Assembly: GCA_021613535.1 (NCBI GenBank)
Contig: CP075494.1
Span: 6,200,001 to 6,264,000, forward strand
DNA: 64,000 bases
Direction: 5' to 3'
From: Adineta vaga
Lineage: Eukaryota; Animalia; Rotifera
Under the pieces are notes generated by a model that was not told the origin of the DNA, searched no databases, and worked only from the letters and a program-made list of their open reading frames with translations. Positions 14,329 to 28,431 of this stretch are shown here, one piece after another. The position numbers and the translations under genes were made by a program. Numbering within the stretch: the first letter of the stretch is position 1; every line of letters starts with the position of its first letter.

Positions 14329-17300
14329 TTAAAGTGGCGTATGGTGATGTTTATTTGATGAAGATGTTAATGGCCGATAATCATCATCATCATTGCCTGA
14401 ACTAGCAGGACTCGTCGGACGATCGTCATCGCTCGTAGGTGGATAGAGTAGGGTTGATGAAGACATTCCTGATTTCTCTGCACTATTACTACTACCTATC
14501 ATAAAACGACGAAATACGCTACTACTCGATTTTGTTGATGTTGATGATGATGATGTTGGAAGAAGTGGTACATTTTTATTCGTTGTATCTTTCGGTGGTG
14601 ATGGTTCAAGTTCAATAATCGTTGATTGTTCAGTTAACTGTTGGTGCTTCACATTCGATCGATGATGATGATGTGAGCGAGTTTTTGTTTTAGGTGAACG
14701 ACCGGGAGTAAAACGAGTATTCGCAATAGGTCGAAATGATGCTGGTGCTACTTTATTCGATACAGAACCACGAGGTGTTGCTGAGATTCCTAGACTAGCA
14801 AGTGATGACGCAGCAGAACGATTGTAAACAGATGGAGGTGGTGGAATGGATAATACAACAGAATCCGAATCACTTATTTGACGTGGAGTTGATGGTGTTA
14901 CTGATCGATCATTCGTTTTGGACAGAAACGATTCGTCATGTATATCACTGATTGTTGATGACGATTGATTTACATCGAAATATTGTGTTCCAGTATTTGA
15001 GTCTGCGTAGAAAGACGATGTTTCGAATAATGGTGATATTTTTAGATCTGTTGTCGGTTTCGTATCTGAAGAGGTTGTTGAAGTCAATGGCAATACTGTG
15101 GGTCGTACTGGAGATATAAGCGGTAGTTGATTAACAGATGTTACTGTTGAGAATGAGGGTGCTGGTGGTGGTGGTGGTGGCAGATTATTTGTGGATGAAT
15201 AAAATGGTGAAAGAATATTATAAATCTGACTGATTTGATGGTCAATATGTGACATACGTCTTGTTAATGTTCGTACTTCCGTACTTAAATCATTTTTAAT
15301 TTCAAGCAATGATGATAATAAAGGATGATGATCACTATATGGTGATGAAATACTACTACGAGGTCCAAAAGCGGCATTGATATCCGAATGAGATTCATCC
15401 AAACGTTTCTACAGACGAAATTAGAAATTTTGAAAAATACAATTCAAATTAGTTTTCAATGTTAAACATATCTTACATTTTCATCAATTCCTTCTTCTGT
15501 TGTTGCTTTTGTACTATCATGTTGTTGAGCTGATCTTGGTATAAATAAACTGAGTGGAATTGATAATCGTCTTTCATTCTCATTTGACATTTGTTCACGT
15601 ATATCGTCCTCAGTTAAATTGGAATCAAATGGATTTGTTGATGGTCGTACTATAGTTGGTAGCGTAGGTGGTTTTAAAACAGCAACACCCACTTTTGGTG
15701 GTGAATCGACTTCTGGTCCAGTTGATCCTGTTTTTAACCATTTCCATTTACTAGATTTTGGCGCTCGTTGCAATGGTGGACTTTGATGAACAGATGTGAT
15801 TTGAGATAGTTGTGATTCTTGTGTTTCTATACGTTCAGATATTGTTTCCAATTTATCTCGTGGTTTTATTGTAGATGGAAGAGGAAGTTGTAAATGTTGT
15901 GCTAATGATGTTGCTGTATTTGTTGTTGGTGATGAATCATTGGAATCAGTATTTGGCTGTAGTTGTGGTGGTGGTGGTGGTTGATTCGTCGCCGATAATG
16001 TCGATGATGGTTTTGTTTGTTGTGCTGGTGAATTCAATGACGTTGTCGGAGGGGTTTGATTACTTGGATTGATTTGATTCGTACCACGATTTTCTTGAGA
16101 TATTTTACGAAATTTCGAAATTAATTTACGTACAGGATGATCAGAACCTAATTGATCTAATCCTTCATTTTTTCGTATTTCAGCTAATTCACGTTCACGT
16201 TTAACATCAGCTATTTTACGATAGATAACCTAAATTGAAACGATCATTTTTTTCAATACAATGAATAATCATAATACTGCAAATAACATACACGATGTCT
16301 TAGATTATATGTCAGCACCATATTACGAGCAAATGAAATACTAAATGGATGATAAAAATCTAATACTTCCAATAAACGTTCTCGTCGAATTTGATGAATA
16401 TTACAATATGTCAATGCGCGAACATTAGCTGCTGACTGACCAACACTATCACGATTTTTACTCCAAAAATCATCTCCAAATACATCATTTACACCTAGTA
16501 ATAGATCGAGTATACAATCAGTTGCAATAAAAAAAACTTCGAAATCTTACTAAGTATCGCTAAAACTTCATCATCTTGTATGACTTCTAATGAACCTGAT
16601 ACAATAAAACAAAGCATATCTAGACTTTCACCACAATGATATAACATATCACCAGGAGCTGAATGATTGATATGAAAATGAACAGCTAATGCACGCAAAC
16701 AACCATCACTAGCTAAACGAAATGCGGGATGTTCATTAAAAACACTTCGATTCATATGAACACATATATCAGCACGCATATCTTTTGGACAATAATTTAA
16801 TACTTTCGTTGCATCAATTCCTTTTGTCATTGCCCATGTTGAAACAACATAATCCATAATACGTTCATTTAATTGATTTGGCATGCCATGTAAACGCATA
16901 AATTCTCGAATACTAAAAATATAAAACGGTTTGATGAACACAAACATAAATCATACAAAAAAAGGCAAGTTTATATCAGCATTAGTACGTACCTACTCAA
17001 CATATCATGATATCTTGCTGTAGCTGAATACATTTGTGTAAAGATTGTTGTAACATTACCAAAAATAGTTGCATAAAGAAGTGAACCGATAAGCATCATG
17101 ACACAAGTAAAGATTTTTTCATTATCACTATTCGCAGCAACATTACCAAAGCCAATACTTGTCAATGAACTCATCGTATAATATAATGCTGTAACATAAG
17201 CAGCTTTTCGACATGTACCATTTGATTCATATGCAGTCATATTTCCATACGAATCAATACATGCATAATGTAATTCTCTATCCATTTTAACTAACCAACT

Positions 17301-20219
17301 GTATTCCATCTAATTCAAATGAAATCATTTCATTATATCATATGTTATATTTTTAATTCTATGTACAACTTTATGAATTATTTCAAATATAAAAGAAAGT
17401 ATCTTTGTTACATATCTATCAAGGTAAACTCAAAAATTTCTTTCAACGAAGTAAACAATCATGCTCGATCTTCTCGACATTTCCTGTTAACATATTCAAT
17501 ATAAAATCGAACAATACAACAACGTTCACGTCTATTCGAGATCGATCAATCATTAGTTATTATTCTTCACATACTCGTTTTCCAGGACCACCACGACCTT
17601 CTTGAAATCCAATGGTATACCATACACAAGCAAACCTAAATTACAACAAAAGAGTTCATTGTTTCTTTTCGAAAAGTGTTGTTGTTATTGTTTCATTTTT
17701 ACCAATGGGCAACCAAGACAAAAACACATATAAGTAATAAAAGAACAGCTGCACCATATTCTAGATAATTATCTAATTTTCTAAATACTCGACCGAGACG
17801 TAATAGACGTAAGACTTTTAATGCAGAAAAAATACTTCCATAACGCTGAAAGATATCAATCAGAAAAAGAAAAACAAAACGAACAAAAAAAGAAAGATTT
17901 TTCTTAAATTTCATTTACTTCTTCAGCTTCTTGAAATGCATTGAAAACATCGTACGGTAAACAAGCTAATAGATCAATAACAAACCAACTTTTTAAATAC
18001 GTTTTTCGAATACGTTTTGGATCGGATATAACTTCTCCGGATTCTTCAAAGATAAATATAGAGAAATGTTTCAAAAAGAAAAGAAAAATAGAAATGATTT
18101 TACTTGTATGAACATATGTCGTATGAAAATTTAATATAATATCAATAAAGAAAATAACATCAACAATACTATCAATAACAAGTAAAGGCACATCATCCAA
18201 GGATTTACTTTTAAAAGCGGCATGATAGGGTACTAATAATGATGTATAGAACGTCAATAAAAGTATCACCCAATCCCAGACTGTTTTAAATGTACAATAA
18301 TGAAGAATAATATGCGGAGGAGTATTTGGTGCCTCTTGACGATAGCTCTTCAAAATGTGAAATCATCAAATATTCTATTTTTTCTTAGAAAATAATAGGC
18401 AACTTACTGGTAATACTTCAGCACTGAGATTAAGTAACTATTCAAAGAAGAAAAAAAAACTCATTTTGTTTTCCATTAAAATATAAACATTAGGACAGAT
18501 TAAGTGTCGTATATTATGTAACGGAAATTACTCATCTCAATCTGCTGATAAAGAGATCCGTTAATGACAGTTTGAGGATTTTTTTTCTTCTCAAGATAGT
18601 TTCTTGATGTTGTACTAATTTCAATTTTCTTTAAGAAGATTTTTGTCTTTATAGAAACAAATGTCTTCTTATGTATCTCATTGATGATAATGTCAAAAGC
18701 TCAGAGAAAATTTGCAACTATCACGGTTAAACATACATTTGGTAATTGTGATGGTTTTGTAGGATCTATCGTAATCGATTTTGTCGTTGGTCCAGTAAAG
18801 TTCATTAAAATCGAACGATTTCGTGTAACTGATTTTGCAATACGTGCAAATTTACTTAGGCCAGTTTTAGCATCTTCTATTTCAATTGGTTGTTTAAGTG
18901 CTGTGATATCTGTAAATGTGCACAGATAAAGTACGACTGTATCACGTTCATTTGTAATTGGAGCTATTTGCATAAATACCCATATAGGTGTTTCTAGGAA
19001 AAGAGAAAAGTTAATTAATCATTTGTTTTTTTTTCTCTATTTATAATTTACTATTTTTTTTATATAGAAGTACTTCAACTTGTTCAATATGACAATTTTC
19101 TAATGCATCACGAATTTTTGTTTGTGTTTCAACATTTGTTAATTCACCATACATAAAACTACATGTCGAACTTTTATTCATCAGTTCAGTTCTTAAAAAG
19201 CCGGATAGTTTTGTATATCCATCATTGGAATAAACAATCGGATAATCGACTATTTGGGCATTTGATAGAATGAATGCATTGTCTAAAAATGTTTCATATA
19301 TTAGTCAAGGTCTTTTATCTTTTCTATGATTATCTTCTCGCTGTACGTGTCTAAGCCATTTGGAAACTAAATAACATCCTGTTTCCTGCTGATTTGTTCG
19401 ATGAGTACTGATGTGTCACGTTGCACACGCGATCTCTATCATATTCTATACTGATGTTCTCTAACTGATAATGAGAGTCTTGTTCACTCAACCGGAAATC
19501 CAAGGTAAACGAGCGCTAATGGAACTCTACTTATTTTCATTTCTTTTAATTGATTTCTTTCTCTTTGATTTTCAACAGGTGTGAAGAAGATTGTCGATTG
19601 TTACAATGTTCTGCTTCTTAACATGACACATATGAATATTTTCAAAATATGATTGTTATAAACAAATGAGTGACAGTATACGCATGTTCTTTGTATTTCC
19701 CTATGGATCATTCATTTACCATACGAAAAGTACATTTCTCGCCGATTCGCAATGTCTGACTACCTCATATTAAGAAATTATTAATATATAAAAGCAATAG
19801 GAAATATATAATTGAACTCTTGGAATATCTCCATGTATTTTTTCAAAGAATAGGAAAAAATTGGCAAATGAGAAGTAAAAACTACTTCTAAGCAAAAATA
19901 TATTTCATTTGAATGAACATATTAGACATTTTAATGAAGTGTTTAAAGCTAAATCATGTGTATGAAAAACTGCCATTGAAGTTTAGAATACGAGAAAAAG
20001 CTGAAAAAGAAGAAGCTTAAAATATATTCTTTGAGGATAAATTTAATTGAAATATTCTTTTAGTTTCTTCTCGTAATTTCGGATGTTTTTCTTGTGTTAT
20101 ATGTGTCTTAAATCAATAGAGTTAAATAAATAATACTTACGGGCACCACTGCATTTGCGGATGATTGATTCGAGAAAAGTATTTTGTGGTGCCACTAGAC
20201 CACGTCGAGATCCGGGCAT
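14329..20219 (-). CDS. eag: Ether-a-go-go (Kv10/KCNH1-5 subfamily) voltage-gated K+ channel; multi-exon
   Basis: N-cap [24 protein letters not shown] domain, S4 [12 protein letters not shown], pore [15 protein letters not shown] with LTYNLRHR intrinsic ligand, CaM-binding [12 protein letters not shown]. Confidence 0.95.
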
Positions 20220-20558
20220 TAGTGGTCTAGCGTTTGACTAATATATACAAAAGAGTTGAAAAGAATATTTTGTTTAATACATAGAATAAAAATTGGATCA
20301 ATATTGTTTTGTCATTCTTTGTCATGATCTGATCAAGACATGACTCGTTGTCATTGAGTTGACTTTTTGAAGATCAAATTCTTTAACAGATCAAGACTCG
20401 AGTATTAACACGAGGCTCAGCAAAAAAGCGCCTCCTTTTCTCTCTCTCTCTCTTATTCTCTCTCATTTTTGTCTATTAAATTAGTAGAAGAGGAAAAAAA
20501 AGGTATAGTAGCAAGAAAAACCCGAGAACGGCTAACTAAGAAAATCGTAGACGGAAAG

Positions 20559-20563
20559 AGAAG

Positions 20564-20593
<30 letters not shown>
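20559..20593 (+). repeat. (GAA)n microsatellite upstream of eag
   Basis: About 11 GAA units seen directly. Confidence 0.9.
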
Positions 20594-20594
<1 letters not shown>

Positions 20595-22907
20595 GGAAGT
20601 AGAAAAAAAGTGCAAAAAAAACCAAAAGTAAAGATTATTTTATTCCAGCGGAGAATTTTTATTTTCATACCAACAAAGTCTATTGAAATCATCGAATACT
20701 CACATGATGTTGTAATGGTAATAAATGCATTTAATATTTCGCGAGGATAATTTCAACAAAGATATGCAACTTTCACTAATATTCTTCATACAAACATATA
20801 TTCAATTGAAAGAAATCAGTTGAATCTTATTCTTGCCGTTTCTTGAAAAGCTAAAATGAATGAATGAATGAATGTATACATATATAAATTTCTTTTAATT
20901 TTCAATGTTTAGAATAATTAGATGCTATTTTATCAATGAACGTATTCATTGAGATATTATTAGTTGACATTTTTTTTCTTCTTCTTAGTTCTACAATCTG
21001 TATCTTACAGAAGAAAAAATATATATAGATAGAAGTCATGTTAGAAATCTTTTCTTTTTTCTACTTCCGTTTTTCATCTTGCTATGTGTTGCCAGATACG
21101 TCATTATTTTATTTCGTTTAAATCAACAAAATGACATCGTATCTGTTAATTATAATAATACTAACCAAAACTTCTTTTTTTTTCTTTCTTTTTCTTTAGC
21201 TTGAAAAGATATCAAATAAATGTAAGAGATTTTATCGCTTCTAGTTAGATATTAGCCCTTCTTGAAAATGACAACTTTACCTGATTTAAGAAAATACGAT
21301 TAAGGTTGATAGGCATTCTTTTTATTGGAAATACAATAGTTTCTTTTGAGCTGTTGCTGACGTTCGCGACAATGTCAAATTTGTTCCAAAGCAATTATTT
21401 TCTTACAAGTCGAATTTTAATATTGAATATATAAAACTAATCTTTTGTTTCATTCTTTCTAGTTTTTCTCAGACAACTTATTTTTATTTCACTTCGTAAA
21501 ATTAAGATTTATTATCCGAACAGGGAAAACCCGAGCGAAGAAGATGATGATGACTTTGACGACGTCAGGAAAGCCAGATGGAAGAGAGCAAAAAGAAGTC
21601 AACTCACTATATTAAACAAAGTATGTAAAAGTAAGTATAGAAAACATTCGTCTATATGTAACGTTCATGGGCGAATACTAAGAGGATGTTTCTGCTTTCA
21701 AGGTGTTTCTTCGTCTTCTTCTTCTTCTTCTTCTTTTTTCTACATTGATGCTTTCTTTTTTACCCCTTTGTCTTTTTATATAAATTTATGTGCACTGAAC
21801 GTTGTGCTCGAGAATGGCTAAACCGTGTAATGATCTTTATCTCGTTTCAAAACACTTTCTTTGCTTCCTTTTCTTTTTCTAAAAGATTTTTGCTTTCTAC
21901 TTCGTTGGCATGATTTACGCATCGTTGAAAACATTGTTTGAAGTGACTGATTGATAAAAGAATCCCATCAATGAATGTAGTATATATTAACAAAAAAAAA
22001 TGAAGAAGTTTCTCGTGAATATCAAGTTTTAGTTGACATGTCATCAACACAAATAATTGATTGATTTGAATCCAACATGTAGAAACCATCGTGTTTGTTC
22101 ATTGACATTTCCGTGAAAAGAAGGAGAAAGAAAACAAAAAGTGGGAGAACTAGTGAACACAATTTAGTTATGAACGATAGATTATAAATAAAGAGAAAAA
22201 AAGAATTTGATCAAGACAAGAAAGTTATTTGATCTGTCGGATGTTCCTAAAGAAATGAGAAAAGAAAGCATCACCTATTTCGTGATACACAAGTATTATT
22301 ATGTTGCTTATCCACTATGATCAATGTCATATAGATAATTTTCACTAGAATTTCTATCTAAAATATTCAATGAAGCATTTTGAACATATTCGAGTTTTTT
22401 CTGCACGATATTCAATTGAAAAAAAAAGATCAAAGAAAGAAACAAATATATATCCCCAATGACACGTTCGTCAATTAGGTCGGCAAATATACATCTCATA
22501 TTAATGATTTCTTCCATCGGCGATTAATAAGAAAGATGAAATAACATCTTTAACCAATTTTTAAGTAATATAACTAATCATCAACAAAATACAAGTATTT
22601 CAAGAAGCAAGAGAAAAAAAAGAACTTTCTCTTCTTTTTTTTTCAGATCTATTCGAGATATTTTATATAGGAGATATCTATCTAATAAAAGTGCATAATA
22701 ATTGATATCGAAATATCTTCGTTTCTTTTTCTTTTCGCAGCTTTCCCTTTGAAAGCATACACTTCACAGTTGTTTTGTCTTTGTAGAATAAGTAGTCTAT
22801 TCTCTTCTCTTTTTCTTTATTTGTTTTCCGTGATTAATTAAATCAATAGATTCTAATCATGAACTGAACTTTTCTCAAACACCTACATAAATAATGATTC
22901 CAACACT

Positions 22908-23729
22908 TTATTTGGTTGGAAATTGTTCGGAAAATATATTTGGAACGTAATGACGTATTTGTTTGACAGTATGCTGAATAATTTCAATATCATTTTCTTG
23001 CCAAACGTTAGACATCTGTTCAGCGAGTAAAACAAATAATTGCAAGCCAGCGATAACACGTTGACGTAATGAATATGTTCCAACAATTCCAAATGTAATT
23101 CGTCGAAGTTGAATCAAAAGTTTATTATCACCTAATGCCAGTTCGATTTCATTGAAAACGTTATTATCACTTGAGACTAATATACCATGATGAATTTGAA
23201 TAACTTCTGATAAACCCCATGATAAACCATGGCAAGCATTGAGTAAACGACCATTATCATTGGTACGACGAAGACCTTCTAAACCTTTGTTAGTCTCTTC
23301 ACACCAACCGACCATTCGATGGCTAGCTTCAATATCAGCACGAGATTGTATTCTTGAATCCCAGATAAAATTACGAGCACGTTTTTGTAAACTATTTATA
23401 AAGAAATTTTCACGATCTACAAGTGCACGAGCTATTCGTATTCCAGCAATCCATTTTGTTGCTTCATAAGGTTCAATAAACCATTTTTCATAATCCTTAG
23501 ATTCAACTGTACATATAGTAATCAGTACTCTATTCTGGAATAGATGTGTTCCATCATCAGACAATTTTGTTCCATTGATAACAAAACGTACTAAATCAAT
23601 ATCACTGTGCGGACCTGCTTCATTCCGAGCATAACTACCCATTAATATCAATGCTAGAACAACATCTGGTTTATCAAAACGACAAATAAGTTCATCGATA
23701 TCGGATGGAGACAAATGACTATATTCCAT
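22908..23729 (-). CDS. Intronless Pol-beta-superfamily nucleotidyltransferase, bacterial KNTase/ANT(4')-like architecture; HGT candidate
   Basis: LILMGSYARNEAGPHSDIDL (hGS-x9-SDhD) plus a helical C-terminal domain. First ATG at 23729 (273 aa). AATAAA on the minus strand at 22816-22821. Confidence 0.85.
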   Translation of the reverse strand: MEYSHLSPSDIDELICRFDKPDVVLALILMGSYARNEAGPHSDIDLVRFVINGTKLSDDGTHLFQNRVLITICTVESKDYEKWFIEPYEATKWIAGIRIARALVDRENFFINSLQKRARNFIWDSRIQSRADIEASHRMVGWCEETNKGLEGLRRTNDNGRLLNACHGLSWGLSEVIQIHHGILVSSDNNVFNEIELALGDNKLLIQLRRITFGIVGTYSLRQRVIAGLQLFVLLAEQMSNVWQENDIEIIQHTVKQIRHYVPNIFSEQFPTK

Positions 23730-25627
23730 TACAACTTTCACATTCGTTTCGTAAGAATGATGAAATGAAATTATTTGTTCTTTTTTATCATTCCTAGATT
23801 TTTATTGGATTATGATGCACAAATAAGAAACATGACGTTTTATATTTATCAACAATTACAATCACAGATGTGTTATGTTGTTCATCGATGATCAATCACT
23901 ACTCAACTAACGAAACAAAAAAGAATTGATCAATTCAAGAAATCAACACTTGTCATATTTAGCAATGCAAGAAGAAAAAGAATCAGCAGACGGATTGTCA
24001 TTTCACGCCTTCTTGTATCATTTTAATCGATGTCTGCACATATTAAATAGGAAGAGAAATTTCATGATTTAGATGACAAACTATGTTCGATGTATGATCA
24101 TTTTTGTTCATTTTTTTTTAATGAAATAAAAACATCTTTAACAAGGTTAGAAAGAAAAGAAAAAAAAAGAAAGAAACGTATGTTGCATCATTATTAAAAC
24201 AAATTCTCAAGGGTTTCATTCATCATATTCGTCGTACGTGAAAGTGTGCAATCGAGCATAAACGAAAAGATTAATCGATGTGGCACCAGAAGTCAATGTA
24301 TTGAAGTCAAATGAACTTCCTTGCTAATTCAAACAAAACAAAAGGAAAGGAGATGAATTTTTCTTCACATCACTTGAAATTATACCTTATTTTGTCGTTG
24401 CACTCCTTGTAGATCATTATCATGTAATTGAGTTGAGAAGTGATGATCTTATCATCATTCCGTTTAAAGATAGATCAAAGATAAAGAAAAAGTTGATCTA
24501 GTTCGATGAACATTGAGAAGTCAATTTTTTTCCCTTTTATTTTATATTCAAAGATAGAACTCTACCAGATGGTACATATCATATATACACGCAAGAGGGA
24601 GAGTACATACGATTAGCGTGGACTATTAAATACGCAGATTGACAGTTGACTGTTGAAGAATTGTTTGAAAATACAAATAAAAGAAGAGATGACTTTGATA
24701 TATATATATTTTTTTATTCACTTTTCTTTAGCACATCTGTCCAGCGACAAGGTAGGATGAATGACTTTTAGAATTGATACTATTACACTCATGCAATCTC
24801 TTTTCTTTTCTTCTCTCCTCTTTCTCTTTCACATTCTCGTTTCCATCAGCGAAAAAAATGACATGATTATATGAACGTTTCATTCTCTATTCAGCTTTAT
24901 CTTTGTCCATCTGACATTATCTTTGTATATGTTTATAGCAATGACAAGTGAATTTAGCTTTATGTAAACAATAGAATGAGTTGATCTCCTACGATGATGA
25001 TGTCGATCGAGACTAACACTTATTGAGGTAATCACTGAATCAATGCACGGAAAGATTAACTTGCCAATTTGCATCTCAATTGCTTCGATTATTCTTCTCC
25101 TCTTTTGAATAAGTCATTCATTTGATTATTATAAAACTCAAGTCCTTCTTTCATCATTCTTGTCGCATCATCAACGGTAATAAACGTCATATATCTTGTC
25201 TTTTCTTTTTACTTCTTTTTCTTCTCATCATATCGAATGAACGCAAATCAAGGGCAATTTACACTATGTCGCTTGTCCTAGTCATATTTCATTTAATTTT
25301 TGATTGTCCTCCGACAGAATACGAATCGTCATATCAATAAAAATCATTTATATTTTTTTTTTCGGTTTTTTCTCTCTCTTACCCTGATAGTTAATCAATC
25401 AAGGAATTTGATTAAATCAATCGCAACTCAACAAGGTTTTTGTCTTGTCTTTTTTTTCTCTTCCGATGTGCATATAGTTTAGAAGGACATAGTTTAAAAT
25501 ATAAATATGTATGTATATACATATACATAAATCTGCATTAAGAACGTGATTGTATTAAAACGAACGTAGAGATACATTCGATATTAATCACAAGACATCG
25601 GTTTATTTTTCCTTCAGTTTATCCAAT

Positions 25628-28382
25628 ATGATTGGCATTTATCATTTTCAATTGTCATTATCTATTTTCGTCTATTTGACAACTTCAATTGTTCACACAT
25701 TGGGAAAAAGTAAATTATTCTTGTTTAGAAAGGCATATATTTTTGTTTTGTTAGGAATAGATATGGATAGAATGGATCAAAAGATTCTAATTGGACCAAA
25801 ACATATCACTACGTCTCCAGGTGCAACAGTACAATTTCCTTGTGTTGTTTCCAAACAATCCAATGCAATTGTAACATGGTGTTGGAATGATTTTTGTACC
25901 TTAGGAAAAACACAATTTCTTCATCGTGAAACTATACAAAACGATGTAGTTAATATCTATCAATATACAGCATATCCAAGATTTCGATTAGCTGTTAATG
26001 AACGTCTAAGTATGTATTTAAATCTTCATTTTTTTTCTTCGGAAATAACTATTTTGATGATGTAATATATACAAAGCGAGATCAATTTCTTGAACGGAAA
26101 CGAAGAATCTATGAATGAATTCCTTCTGTCTTTGTTTAGATCATTACAATTTGTCGATTATTCATGTATCAAATAAAGATGAAGGAATATTTCAATGTCA
26201 AGTGCAAAGAACAATGAATGCAAATGAAGCACGATCGGAACGTGTACACTTAACCCTTATTGGTAAAAATTATATTTCAGATTGATTGATTGATTTCTTT
26301 CTTTTGGTTTTTCATTGTATTAATAGCTCCACCAATAGATCAACCACGATTGATATTACCAAGTATGCCATTACGACAAGGAATATCAGCAAATATTACT
26401 TGTCTATCATCACCATCGAAACCAGCAGCGATTTTAAATTTATATAAAAATGATGAACTTATTGATGAATTATCAACAATTTCATATGAATTAGATTCAA
26501 ATACAAATCGAAATATAACAAAATTGATTTATACAATCAATGATCCAGATAGTAGTTGGAATAATATAGTGATTAAATGTAAACAAATTTATAAAATTGA
26601 AAAGAAAATTTCCAAATTCGATGTAGCGGCAAAAATTCATGTTCATTGTAAGTGATTTCTAATCGAACATATCGTTTCAATTTTTTATACGCTATGCTAT
26701 GTTTTAGATAAACCTAAAGCTCGTCTTGAATCTCAAAATCGTTATCCATTAACTATTAATTCAACAGCTACATTTCGATGTATCGTTCATGGTAATCCCG
26801 AACCTAAGTTAAGGTAAAGAAGCCTCTTTAAAATTTTCATTCATCTTGAAAATGTTTTCCACCTAAGATGGTTTGCTAATTCAATGGATTTAACTTCATT
26901 AACAAGTTCAACAATAAATATTCCTCTCTCAAAACATGTACATAATCATTCAATTGGTTGTACAGCTATGAATTCAGTTGGAACAACAAACACAAGTATT
27001 CGATTATTGATTCGATGTAAAAACCAAAAGAAAAAACCTTCGTTTTTGATTTTTGGAATTATTTAATAATTTTCTCATCTCTAGATCCACCCGTGATCAT
27101 CGTTCGACCACCAAAAGTTGTCGTCTTAGATTTACATAGTAAATCATCTTCGAATCCAAGAGTACTTCGTTGTATAGTTGATTCTTATCCTCGTGCTAAC
27201 ATAACTTGGTATCGTTATGGAGAAATGATTGCCGAAGGATCGATATTTAATCTTGAAAATATAACAAAACGTGATCAACAAGGAATTTATTCATATCGTA
27301 TCGATACTGATGGTTATGAAACGATTAAAAATGATTTTGTTCTCTATATCAAAGGTATTCTAATGATCTGTGAGACAAGATATCGAATGAGTCATTTCAT
27401 TTAGGTAAACCATTAATATATATTCAAGAATCGAAACAATTTAGTCATTTATTTGTATGTGAAATTTATTCATCCAGTCCAATCCTTGTAAGATAGAAGA
27501 AACTTCATCGAAAAATAAACTATTGATTTTTATCTTAGAGTATAACTTGGAAATTGAATGATCAACCGATTCAATCTAATGATCAGTTGTCTACATCGAC
27601 TATATGCGATGCAAATGTTTGTACATCAAAATTACTTTATGATTATCGAAAAATAGTTCCATCATCTCAAACTCTTAACCATTTATCATGTATTGGAGAA
27701 AATGAGTATGGTATTGAACAAAGTCGTCTCTATCAATTAAATACATCTGATGGTAAGACTCACAGATAAAGTCTTTCGATCGATTTCATTTGATTAGTCT
27801 TTCTAGATCCTTCAGTGATTTTAGTTTTGATTATATTAAGTACTTTTGTTTTGATTATAATCTTTTCTATTATTGCGATTTATTGTTGCTGTCGAGCAAA
27901 ACGTATTCGAAGACGTCATGCTAATTCCAAGACAAAAAAACTTCCATTAGTTTTCGATGAACATTATTCTATTAATGAATTACTTAAAGAAGTTGGTTCA
28001 ATGAAAACTTGTAATACATCATTGAATAATACAGATCAATTATCATTGAAAATGGAATCAGCTGGTTAGTTTCTATATAGATTTGTAAAAGAAAAGTTTT
28101 GTTTCATTGTCTTTAGATCATTTATTAACAAAATTATTTAATAAAAATACGAAACAATTCTTGGATACTTTATCCAGTGAATCATCTACAAATAGTTCGA
28201 GTTTTCATTCGAAATCAACAGCAACTATATCCAATCATGAATACAGTCCGCGTCTAACTGAAACAGCAGAATTCACATATTTCGGTAAAGAGAAAAAGAC
28301 AAATTCAACGTATCAAATTTGATTTTTTGTTTTTATAGGTCGATCTCCACTGTATTCATGTCAAGATGGAATGAATGTGTGA
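25628..28382 (+). CDS. Type I Ig-superfamily adhesion receptor, ~5 Ig domains, Kirre/NEPH1/SYG-1-like
   Basis: Signal peptide, Ig motifs (GATVQFPC..W, DEGIFQCQV, ITCLSSPSKPAA, FRCIVHGNPEP, LRCIVDSYPRANITW), TM ILVLIILSTFVLIIIFSIIAIYCCC. Last intron 28285-28338 gives C-terminus GRSPLYSCQDGMNV*. Confidence 0.8.
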
Positions 28383-28431
28383 TATACATAACTCTAACTT
28401 GTTCATTGTCAGATTTTTTTTTGTTTATTTT

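Noticed and set aside
18531-18614. Possible poison exon in an eag intron that would give a PAS-only isoform
   Set aside because: AG and GT flanks exist, but the acceptor lacks a pyrimidine tract and chance occurrence is likely; unsupported without RNA data.
20453-20750. Poly-Arg / poly-Leu ORFs upstream of eag
   Set aside because: Artefacts of the (GAA)n microsatellite with non-ATG starts.
23239-23469. Antisense ORFs (also 30930-31253, 33894-34103, 42016-42396)
   Set aside because: Shadow frames of real genes on the opposite strand.
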